From Pseudomonadota bacterium (GTDB taxonomy: Bacteria; UBA10199; 2-02-FULL-44-16; JAAZCA01), in NCBI GenBank assembly GCA_043822785.1, contig JBDRBN010000046.1, positions 1-59,945 on the forward strand: 59,945 bases of DNA, in the 5' to 3' direction. Below the pieces are notes generated by a model, which ran no database searches, was not told where the DNA came from, and was given only the letters and a program-made list of their open reading frames with translations. Positions 8,935-17,725 of the stretch are shown here, piece by piece (position 1 is the first letter of the stretch; every line of letters begins with the position of its first letter). The translations under genes were made by a program, and so were the position numbers.

Positions 8935-10175
8935 GAATCTGTTTTATAAATCCCCACAGCGATCCTTTGGCAAAGCCGGGCGAGCCGGATTCCGGAGGGC
9001 AATGCATCGTTGAAAGTCATCTGATGAAATATTTTGTGAAGATCTCGCCGGATGTCACCATCGACAGCTTCACGCGCCTGTGGGGCGATAAGCCAGAAGT
9101 GGAACAGATAGCAGATCGTGCGCGGGTGATACGCGTTTTGTGCAACGGACAGGACTTTATTCCAAAGGAGATGCTCTGGGAAACCCTTCCCGAATTTGTA
9201 GATAAGATGCTCATTCGATGGGCAGATGAGAAACGCCAGTATGATATCTATCACGCGCATTATGCTGATGGCGGGAAGGCTGCCCTCATTACCATGTCAA
9301 AAAAGAGCGCGCCTCTGGTTTTTACCGCGCATTCTTTGGGGAAACTAAAACAGATGGTCCTTCCGGACGAGAAGGCATATCGTTATTCAGTTCGCATTCC
9401 AGCTGAACAGGAGACTTTGGCTAAAGCATCTAGGATCATTGCGCTAAACAAAGTCGAGATTGGCCATTATAAGGAGCTTTACGGCATTACGCCTCCAAAG
9501 GTTAGGGTAATTCCAAACGGCGTTGATACTGAATATTATAAACCAGCGCCCGACCGAGATGAGATCAGAAAGAAGCTTGGATGGGAAGGAAAGCGGGTGG
9601 TGTTCACAATAGGCAGAATCGATGCTAGAAAAGGATTTAACCTGCTAGCTTCAGCCGCTGCGGATGTGATGCATCAGTTAAAAGAGGCGGGAAAGGAAGT
9701 ATTATTTCTGCTTCCTGGCGCAGGCAAGGGTCGCACAAAGGCTGAAAGGGTAGTTGTGGATGAGATGGCGGAATTATTGGGCGAGGCTGTGTCATCCACC
9801 GCATTTTTTCCACGCCTTTCTGATGAGGAACTTTTGGAGTATTATCGTGCAGCAGATCTTTTCGTGTGTCCTTCGCCGTATGAACCCTTTGGGCTTGTGG
9901 TGATAGAGGCCATGGCATGTGGCGTGCCCGTGGTATCGTTTAATAGCGGTGGGCCGGCAGATATAATTTCACATGGCGTAGATGGGGAGCTTGCAGATAT
10001 TGTGGAAGGGCCCAAATCATTGGCCAAGGCCATGGTGAAGGTGTTGATCGATGAAGATAGAAGGCTTAAGATGGGTAAAATGGGCAGAAAAAAAGTTGAG
10101 GCTCATTATTCATGGGATGCAGTGGCGCGTAGTACTCTGGAGCTATATCAGGAGGTAATTGATGCGCGTAGTTGA
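8931..10175 (+). CDS. GT4 glycosyltransferase, sucrose-phosphate synthase / mannosylfructose-phosphate synthase-like
   Basis: PDSGGQ, FIPKEMLW, HAHYADGG, FTAHSLGKLK, GRIDARKG, EPFGLVVIEAMACG; no fused HAD domain. Confidence 0.8.
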   Translation: MRICFINPHSDPLAKPGEPDSGGQCIVESHLMKYFVKISPDVTIDSFTRLWGDKPEVEQIADRARVIRVLCNGQDFIPKEMLWETLPEFVDKMLIRWADEKRQYDIYHAHYADGGKAALITMSKKSAPLVFTAHSLGKLKQMVLPDEKAYRYSVRIPAEQETLAKASRIIALNKVEIGHYKELYGITPPKVRVIPNGVDTEYYKPAPDRDEIRKKLGWEGKRVVFTIGRIDARKGFNLLASAAADVMHQLKEAGKEVLFLLPGAGKGRTKAERVVVDEMAELLGEAVSSTAFFPRLSDEELLEYYRAADLFVCPSPYEPFGLVVIEAMACGVPVVSFNSGGPADIISHGVDGELADIVEGPKSLAKAMVKVLIDEDRRLKMGKMGRKKVEAHYSWDAVARSTLELYQEVIDARS

Positions 10176-12558
10176 TTCAAGGACGTGGTGCGATCAATCC
10201 GCAGACGTATTGCATGCTTTTTTAGAACACTTGGCCCAAGTGCGAGATGGAATACTGTGGAGAGGAGAAATTGAGGATGCGTTCAAACGATTTCTTCATA
10301 CATATGACCACTCGCAGCGCAGGTTGATTAAGGGAACGATGGGTCAGAAGATATCGCATGTGCAGGAAGCGGTTGTTGGGGAGAAGCAAATATACTTTTT
10401 GCTCAGACCCATCGCAGGCATTCGTGAAGCCATTTCGATCTCACGGCATGATGATCGCATAAATTCAGTCGATATAGAACATTACCTTGCAGCTAGGGAG
10501 ACAGCTGCAACGGGCTCTCCGAGCAGCGAGGAGTTTTCATTTAGCATAGATTTTTCTCCTTTTCGTATCTTTCATCCGGATAAACCCGATCCAACTCTTA
10601 TAGGTAAAGGTCTTGATAGGCTTGCGCATATCTTTATTTCAAAAATTCATGAAAATCCACACTGGGCGCTTAGCAAGCTGTTGGAGTTTCTATCGTTCAG
10701 AAATCACGAAGGTGAACCGCTGCTGTTTAGCAGACCCATGGATTTGGTTTCGCTAAACCGCGCAGTAGAACGAGCGTTGGATCTGACAAGGCTTTATCGC
10801 GATCCACAGGCCAAAGCTGAGCTTTTATCCGAACTAAACCTCCTTGGCCTTGCCAAGGGATGGGGTGATACTGCAGAACGGATGGAAGAAACCTTTACGC
10901 TGTTGGCTCACGTTCTTCATGATCCAAAGGATGAAGACGTGCGCAAGCTTTTGTGTCGATTGCCCCTCATACAAAAAGTTCTGCTCATCACCATTCACGG
11001 GTGGTTTGCACAAGAAGGCGTGCTGGGTCGGCCGGATACTGGTGGACAGGTTGTATATGCTTTAAATCAGGCCCGTGCGCTAGAAAGGCATTTGAAAAAT
11101 CTTTGGAAAGCTGCTGGTGTGGATGCTAACCCAAAGATCATAATCCTGTCTCGTCTTATTCCAGAATCTGACGGCACATCGGTAAATGTTTCCAGAGAAC
11201 CAATTTACGGAACGGATAACAGCTTCATCATGAGGGTGCCATTTAAAAATGAAGATGGTGAAGTGGTGCCGCACTGGATATCTAGGTTTAAGGTGTGGCC
11301 ATACCTCAACCGATTTACAAAAGATTCATACTATCAGCTGATGACAGAATACGAAGGGCTGCCAGATCTGATAATCGGAAATTATTCAGACGGAAACTTT
11401 GTGGCTACAGCGCTTGGACGGGAATGGGGAGTGATTACCGGAGTAATCGCTCATGCGCTTGAAAAGAACAAATACCTGTTTAGCGATGTGAGATGGAAGG
11501 AGATGGATAAAGATTATCACTTCTCCGTGCACTATTTGAATGATATGTTGAGCAGCAACTCTGCGGATTTTATCATCACCAGCACATATCAGGAAATAGC
11601 TGGCACGCATGAGGAGTCAGGGCAGTATGAATCATATGGCGTGTTCACTCTTCCTCAAAACTATCGTGTTCAATCTGGCATCGACATCTATACGCCTCAG
11701 TTTGTAATCAACCCGCCAGGTTATGACGATAGCATCTGTTTTCCGTACGATTTAAAAGATCGCCGTGATGTGGCGCTTGTCAAAGAAGTTGAGAATATGT
11801 GTTTTGGCTCGGATGGAGTTGAAGGCGCGGTGGGGTGCCTTGAGGATCCAAATAAATCGCCTATCTTTTCGATGGCGCGATTGGATAAGATTAAGAATAT
11901 TGCGGGATTGGTTAAAATATTTGCTCAAAGCGATGAGCTTAGAGAACGTGCAAATCTGATAATTGTCGGCGGTGTTACATCTGAAAAACAATCCTCTGAT
12001 TTAGAAGAACAGCATCAGATACGCGCGATACATCAATTGATAAAACGCCATAATTTGAACAGACAGATCAGATGGCTTCCAGGAGAAACCAATTCTGCAA
12101 GAGCTGCTGAATTCTATCGAGTGATGGCCGATCGCGAGGGCGTATTTGTTCAACCTGCGCTTTATGAGGCTTTTGGCTTGACCGTGATTGAATCCATGGC
12201 GTGTGGCTTGCCGGTGATCGCTACGCGGTATGGTGGGCCATCAGAGTCGATACAGGATGGAGTGACCGGTTTGTTAATTGACCCACGTAAATCTGCATCT
12301 GTCACTCGTGCAATAATGCGCCTCATATCGCCTGACGGTGGTACTGCTACCAAGCTGTGGCACCGCATGAGCGAGGACGGAATGAGGCGCGCCCGGGATG
12401 TATTTTCATGGGATCGTCATGTGGGAAAGGCAGTAGAAGCCGCTGGCCTATATGGCTTTTGGGACAGGCTCTTCAGCAGAAGCAGGGCGGTTCAACTAAA
12501 CTATGTGGATGCGATCCATTACCTTTTACTCCTACCAAGGATCAAGGAGAGCGCATAA
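10162..12558 (+). CDS. sucrose synthase
   Basis: HGWFAQEGVLGRPDTGGQVVY, HWISRF.VWPYL, IGNYSDGN, IAHALEK.KY, STYQEIAG, MARLDKIKN, QPALYEAFGLTVIE. Confidence 0.92.
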   Translation: MRVVDSRTWCDQSADVLHAFLEHLAQVRDGILWRGEIEDAFKRFLHTYDHSQRRLIKGTMGQKISHVQEAVVGEKQIYFLLRPIAGIREAISISRHDDRINSVDIEHYLAARETAATGSPSSEEFSFSIDFSPFRIFHPDKPDPTLIGKGLDRLAHIFISKIHENPHWALSKLLEFLSFRNHEGEPLLFSRPMDLVSLNRAVERALDLTRLYRDPQAKAELLSELNLLGLAKGWGDTAERMEETFTLLAHVLHDPKDEDVRKLLCRLPLIQKVLLITIHGWFAQEGVLGRPDTGGQVVYALNQARALERHLKNLWKAAGVDANPKIIILSRLIPESDGTSVNVSREPIYGTDNSFIMRVPFKNEDGEVVPHWISRFKVWPYLNRFTKDSYYQLMTEYEGLPDLIIGNYSDGNFVATALGREWGVITGVIAHALEKNKYLFSDVRWKEMDKDYHFSVHYLNDMLSSNSADFIITSTYQEIAGTHEESGQYESYGVFTLPQNYRVQSGIDIYTPQFVINPPGYDDSICFPYDLKDRRDVALVKEVENMCFGSDGVEGAVGCLEDPNKSPIFSMARLDKIKNIAGLVKIFAQSDELRERANLIIVGGVTSEKQSSDLEEQHQIRAIHQLIKRHNLNRQIRWLPGETNSARAAEFYRVMADREGVFVQPALYEAFGLTVIESMACGLPVIATRYGGPSESIQDGVTGLLIDPRKSASVTRAIMRLISPDGGTATKLWHRMSEDGMRRARDVFSWDRHVGKAVEAAGLYGFWDRLFSRSRAVQLNYVDAIHYLLLLPRIKESA

Positions 12559-12559
12559 G

Positions 12560-14062
12560 ATGAAAAGAGGCAGCGGCATACTCCTTCATATAACTTCACT
12601 TCCTTCGCAGTATGGAATTGGCGATCTGGGCCCGCAGGCTTATGAGTTTGTAGATTTTCTCTCATCTGCTGGGCAGAGCTATTGGCAGCTCCTGCCGCTT
12701 AATCCAACCGATCAGATATGTGGCAACTCTCCCTACAGCAGCGCATCGGCATTTGCTGGTAACACACTTCTCATTAGCCCCGAGCTTCTTGTGAATGATG
12801 GGCTGCTTACTGAGGATGATTTAAGTTCAAAGCCAAATTTTTCAGAAGGGCGTTGTGATTACTCTTCTGTCATTCCTTACAAGGAATCTCTGTTGAAGCG
12901 AGCTTATGAGCGGTTTGTTTCTAAAAAGGGCAACGATGAAAAATATCGGGAATTTTGCAATGAACATGCCTATTGGCTGGATGATTATGCCCTTTTTGCC
13001 GTAATCAAGAAAAGGATGGATGAAAGGGTGTTTAGCGATTGGCCACAAGAGCTTCGCGATAGGGAACCCTCTTGCATGGAGGAGCTGCGAAAAGAGAAGT
13101 CAGATGAAATCGAACAGGTGAAATTCTTCCAATATCTTTTCATGAAGCAGTGGTTTTTGCTCAAAGACTATTGTGATGTAAAGGGAGTTAAGCTCATAGG
13201 CGATATTCCTATATACGTAAATTATGATAGCGTGGATGTATGGACTAACTCTGACATATTTAAGCTTGATCCTATGACCAAGAAGCCATCTGTAGTTGCA
13301 GGCGTGCCCCCTGATTACTTTAGCAAGACAGGCCAGCTATGGGGAAATCCTGTATACAGATGGGATTATCTAAAGGAAACAGGCTTTGAGTGGTGGATGA
13401 AAAGGCTAGGGCACATCCTTCATCTCTTTCACATGACGCGCATAGACCATTTTCGCGGCTTTGTGGATTTTTGGGAAGTGCCTGCATCGCACAAGACGGC
13501 CATGGAGGGAAACTGGGTTAAGGCGCCAGCCATAGAGTTCTTCACAACTCTTATAAAGAAGTTTCCTGAGTCACCCATCCTTGCCGAGGATTTAGGCATC
13601 ATCACCGACGAGGTGCGGGAAGTGATAAAGCAGTTTGGATTCCCAGGCATGCGTATTCTCATGTTCGCATTTAGCGAGGACAAGCCCGATCATCCCTATT
13701 TGCCACAAAACTTCATTCGCAACTGCGTCGTGTATACTGGCACCCATGACAACAACACAGCGCGTGGCTGGTTCAAAAACGAGATATCTGCAGCTGATAA
13801 GAAGAGGCTTGAAGCATGTGTAGGACATGCTGTTTCAGCAGATACTGTAAACCGGGAGCTCATCAAACTTGCCATGGAATCGATTGTAGATACCGTGCTA
13901 ATACCCATGCAGGATGTGTTAGGATTGGGCGAAGAGGCGCGCATGAACGTGCCAGCAAAGACCCAGGGTAACTGGTCATGGCGCGTGTTAAAATCTCAGC
14001 TTACCCCTGAGGTTTCGTCAGGGCTTAAAGCCCTTGCGCAAAAGACAGAGCGTATATCCTAA
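12560..14062 (+). CDS. malQ: 4-alpha-glucanotransferase (GH77)
   Basis: GILLHITSLP, WQLLPLNP, GDIPIYV, AGVPPDYFS.TGQLWGNP, RIDHFRG, AEDLG, YTGTHDN. Confidence 0.95.
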   Translation: MKRGSGILLHITSLPSQYGIGDLGPQAYEFVDFLSSAGQSYWQLLPLNPTDQICGNSPYSSASAFAGNTLLISPELLVNDGLLTEDDLSSKPNFSEGRCDYSSVIPYKESLLKRAYERFVSKKGNDEKYREFCNEHAYWLDDYALFAVIKKRMDERVFSDWPQELRDREPSCMEELRKEKSDEIEQVKFFQYLFMKQWFLLKDYCDVKGVKLIGDIPIYVNYDSVDVWTNSDIFKLDPMTKKPSVVAGVPPDYFSKTGQLWGNPVYRWDYLKETGFEWWMKRLGHILHLFHMTRIDHFRGFVDFWEVPASHKTAMEGNWVKAPAIEFFTTLIKKFPESPILAEDLGIITDEVREVIKQFGFPGMRILMFAFSEDKPDHPYLPQNFIRNCVVYTGTHDNNTARGWFKNEISAADKKRLEACVGHAVSADTVNRELIKLAMESIVDTVLIPMQDVLGLGEEARMNVPAKTQGNWSWRVLKSQLTPEVSSGLKALAQKTERIS

Positions 14063-14148
14063 GCACTATAGAGGATATTATTTGATTTTGATTATGTCGA
14101 ATAGAGTTGCACATGCGTAGATTTTTTATTGGTTGAAGGAGATAGGGG

Positions 14149-15549
14149 ATGACTAAATTCAAGGTTCTTGTCGTCGATGACGACAAAGAGATGGCGGATC
14201 TCGTCGCCACTATTTTTCAGAGGGATGGCTATCGTGCTGAAGCCGTCAACAGCGGCAAAGGCGCATTTGAATACCTGTCACGAGAGAGGCCGGATTTGAT
14301 AATCCTGGATCTCCTGATGCCAGAGATGGACGGCTATGAAGTCTGCAAGAGGTTAAAGTCCTGCAAAGCCACATCCATGATTCCGGTCTTAATGCTTACT
14401 GTCGATGATTCTCAAAAGCACAGGATTGCGGCGTTCGACACCGGAATAGACGACTATATCGCCAAGCCCTTTAATGCTGAAGAGCTTCTGGCAAGGGCCA
14501 AATCCCATTTGAGACGTACGCATGAGCTGAAGCGGGCTCAAAAAAAACAGCGCAAGCCAAAAATCAAGAATATACTGGTGACAGGTGGGGCGGGCTTTAT
14601 CGGCTCGCATTTGGCAAGGGCGCTCGCCAAGGCAAAATACAATGTCCATATCATCGATGATTTTTCCACCGGCAGGATGGAGAATATCGACGATATTTTG
14701 AAAAAGAAAAACGTGCATCTGACAACCGGCTCCATTACCGATGAGGTCATCTTGAGTAAGGCAATAGAACAGGCTGACATGGTCTATCATCTGGCTGCTA
14801 CCGTAGGGGTGAAGCATGTGGTTGATAGCGCTTTGGATACTATCGTTTACGACACGTTAGGCACATTGCTGGTATTGAAATATGCATCTTCAAAAGGCAT
14901 AAAAGTCCTTCTCACCTCCACGTCAGAGGTTTACGGAAAAACGAAAGAGATTCCGTTCAGAGAGGATAGTGATATCATCATAGGCCCACCACATATCCAC
15001 AGGTGGAGTTACGCCTGCTCGAAACTTTTGGATGAATTTCTGTCCATCGCATATTTTCGGGAAAGAAACCTCCAGGTGATCATCGTCAGGCTGTTTAACG
15101 TGGTAGGGCCGGGTCAAGTGGGCCATTACGGCATGGTGCTTCCCCGTTTTTTCAAGAGCGCATACCGCAATAAACCGATACATATCTACGGCACAGGGAA
15201 ACAGAGCAGATGCTTCACGTACATCGATGATGCGATCACGTTGCTCATGCGCATTGCCAAGTCCGAAAAGGCAAGCGGCGAGGTCATCAACCTAGGCAGC
15301 GCCGAAGAAATTTCCATCCTGGAGCTGGCAAATAAAGTCAAAAAAATCACAGGGAGTTCGTCTAAGCTCGTATTTGAAGACTACAACAAATTCTATGGGA
15401 GATTCTTTCAGGACGTAAAAAGGCGGGTGCCAGAGACGACAAGGTTAAAAAAGATAGTCGGGGCCATGCCCATGATTGGCCTCGATGAAATTTTAAGGCG
15501 GATGAAACGCTTCTTCGATGAGCATCCTGAAGAATTGCAGAGGATCTGA
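14149..15549 (+). CDS. receiver domain fused to NAD-dependent nucleotide-sugar epimerase/decarboxylase (extended SDR)
   Basis: Intact REC (VVDDD, LDLLMP, MLT, AKPF), basic linker, then TGGAGFIG, STSEVYG, RWSYACSK, RLFNVVGP. Confidence 0.88.
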   Translation: MTKFKVLVVDDDKEMADLVATIFQRDGYRAEAVNSGKGAFEYLSRERPDLIILDLLMPEMDGYEVCKRLKSCKATSMIPVLMLTVDDSQKHRIAAFDTGIDDYIAKPFNAEELLARAKSHLRRTHELKRAQKKQRKPKIKNILVTGGAGFIGSHLARALAKAKYNVHIIDDFSTGRMENIDDILKKKNVHLTTGSITDEVILSKAIEQADMVYHLAATVGVKHVVDSALDTIVYDTLGTLLVLKYASSKGIKVLLTSTSEVYGKTKEIPFREDSDIIIGPPHIHRWSYACSKLLDEFLSIAYFRERNLQVIIVRLFNVVGPGQVGHYGMVLPRFFKSAYRNKPIHIYGTGKQSRCFTYIDDAITLLMRIAKSEKASGEVINLGSAEEISILELANKVKKITGSSSKLVFEDYNKFYGRFFQDVKRRVPETTRLKKIVGAMPMIGLDEILRRMKRFFDEHPEELQRI

Positions 15550-15553
15550 ATAT

Positions 15554-16867
15554 ATGAAACTGTTAGAAAAAATCGCTTCAAAGAAAGCTACGGTGGGCAT
15601 AATCGGGCTTGGCTATGTGGGGTTGCCGACGATTGGTGATTTTCTTCAGGCTGGTTTCAGGGTGATCGGATTTGATGAGGATGTTTCCAGAGTCGAATCA
15701 CTCATGGCCGGCAAAAGCTACATAAAACATATCCACTCTTCGTTGATACAAAAATGGCTTGCCGGAAATAAATTTCATGCCACTGCGGAATTTGCAGAGT
15801 TGAGCGAGGTGGATGTGAAGATCATCTGTGTGCCCACTCCCATAAATGAAAACCAGGAGCCCGAACTATCGTGTATTTTAAATGCTGTAAGACAAATTGC
15901 CAAATACCTTCAAAAGGGACAGCTCATAATTCTCGAATCCACCACTTATCCAGGCACGACGGACGAAAATGTAAGAGCCATTCTTGAAGAGACGGGGCTC
16001 AAGGTGGGCAAAGACTATTATCTCGGCTATTCACCAGAGAGGCAGGATCCCAACAACACGGAATTCACGTCAAGGTCCATCCCAAAGATCGTTTCAGGAT
16101 ACACACAAGAGTGCTTTGGTGCGGTAATAGCTCTCTACGATGCGGTATCCATACCGACGGTACCGGTTTCCTCCACAAGAGTCGCGGAGGCTGCCAAGCT
16201 GCTCGAAAATATCTACAGGTCGGTGAACATCGCTTTAGTAAATGAATTGAAGATGCTCTTCGATAGAATGGAAATAGATATATGGGAGGTCATCGAAGCA
16301 GCCAAGACAAAGCCTTTCGGATTTCAGGCGTTCTATCCGGGGCCAGGGCTTGGGGGGCACTGCATTCCCGTGGATCCCTATTATCTTACCTGGAAGGCGC
16401 ATGAATACGATTTTCACACCGGCGTCATCGAGTCGGCAGGCGACGTCAATAAGGCAATGCCTCACTACATCGAGAAAAAAATATTCGAAGTTTTAAATGG
16501 ATTAGGGAAAGCGATCAAAGGATCAAAAATTATCATCTTGGGGATTGCATATAAGAAAGACATTGATGATCCCAGGGAGTCTCCTGCTTTTCCGATTATG
16601 GACCTCTTGCTGAAGAATGGTGCCAAAGTCAGCTATAACGATCCTTATATACCGGTCTCCAAGGGCAGCATACAATTCAGTCATATCAACATGCATTCAG
16701 TAAAGCTCACAGAAGAGATCATAACCGGCGCCGACCTGATTCTTTTGATCACCGATCATTCAGATTATGATTATGCCTTGATAGAGAGACATGCAAAATG
16801 CATCGTGGACACGAGAAATGCGTTCGAAAGGCAGGGTATCAGGAGCAAGAAGATATACAAGGCGTAA
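15554..16867 (+). CDS. UDP-N-acetylhexosamine 6-dehydrogenase (WecC/WbpO/TviB family)
   Basis: GLGYVGLP, ICVPTP, ESTTYPGTT, YSPER, KLLENIYR.VN, GPGLGGHCIPVDP, DPRESP. Confidence 0.9.
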   Translation: MKLLEKIASKKATVGIIGLGYVGLPTIGDFLQAGFRVIGFDEDVSRVESLMAGKSYIKHIHSSLIQKWLAGNKFHATAEFAELSEVDVKIICVPTPINENQEPELSCILNAVRQIAKYLQKGQLIILESTTYPGTTDENVRAILEETGLKVGKDYYLGYSPERQDPNNTEFTSRSIPKIVSGYTQECFGAVIALYDAVSIPTVPVSSTRVAEAAKLLENIYRSVNIALVNELKMLFDRMEIDIWEVIEAAKTKPFGFQAFYPGPGLGGHCIPVDPYYLTWKAHEYDFHTGVIESAGDVNKAMPHYIEKKIFEVLNGLGKAIKGSKIIILGIAYKKDIDDPRESPAFPIMDLLLKNGAKVSYNDPYIPVSKGSIQFSHINMHSVKLTEEIITGADLILLITDHSDYDYALIERHAKCIVDTRNAFERQGIRSKKIYKA

Positions 16868-16882
16868 AACCTGTTGGTTGAT

Positions 16883-17716
16883 ATGCGTTTAAAAAAAGTC
16901 GCAATTCTAGTCATCATACTGCTCTCCGGCATTCCCTTATCTGCCTCTGCGGCAGGCTCTGACGTTGAAGTCAGGAAGGACGTCCTAAAAGATCAGTCCA
17001 AGGCTGAAGAGTCTGCAAAAGAGCGGGTTTTTGTTTCATCTTTTTTTGACTATGGCACTGTCGAGCTCCCTTCTGGTGGACAGACGTGGACTGCGCTTAT
17101 GGCGAGGGCTGCCTATCTGCACAAGGGCCTTCAGCTGCCATATTTTGAGTTTTCCCGTTATTCACGGGGTGGAAATATCGATTACACTTATGACCTGGGC
17201 GGTTATTATAAGATCAAGCGCTGCTACCTTAATGTCGAAACCGGAGCCGGAAGCAGCGTCGATTACATATATAAATACAAATTCGTCGGCGAGTTTAGCC
17301 ATCCCATATACAAAACCTTCTATTTGAGGGAGAGGTACAAATTTCTGTTATATAATAATGAAAACTTTAACATTCTCGCTCTGGCTTTGGTATATTATTT
17401 CAAAAATCATTATATTGAAGCAGAATACGATGCTGATTTTTCAAGCAAAAGAGGATATGGACAATGGGGTTCTACAAGGTTCAATTTAAATCTGTCTAAA
17501 ACTGCTGATCTTTGGATAGGTGGGGTGGTAGGAGAGCGCATCTATGATGTTCTGGCGCTACCTTCTGCGGTAGATGCGTTTGGCTTTATCGTGTATGGTG
17601 GATTCCGATTCAGCCCGGTAAAAAATCTTTTTTTCAGCATGACGTTTTCATACGCTCAAGAGGACCCCAGCTTCAAGCACCGTTCCGTTGTCGCTGGCCT
17701 TTACTATAAATTCTGA
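16883..17716 (+). CDS. YaiO-like outer-membrane beta-barrel
   Basis: Signal peptide, Tyr/aromatic-rich alternating strands, C-terminal YYKF; next to a GT2 gene. Confidence 0.65.
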   Translation: MRLKKVAILVIILLSGIPLSASAAGSDVEVRKDVLKDQSKAEESAKERVFVSSFFDYGTVELPSGGQTWTALMARAAYLHKGLQLPYFEFSRYSRGGNIDYTYDLGGYYKIKRCYLNVETGAGSSVDYIYKYKFVGEFSHPIYKTFYLRERYKFLLYNNENFNILALALVYYFKNHYIEAEYDADFSSKRGYGQWGSTRFNLNLSKTADLWIGGVVGERIYDVLALPSAVDAFGFIVYGGFRFSPVKNLFFSMTFSYAQEDPSFKHRSVVAGLYYKF

Positions 17717-17725
17717 GGGGGATAT

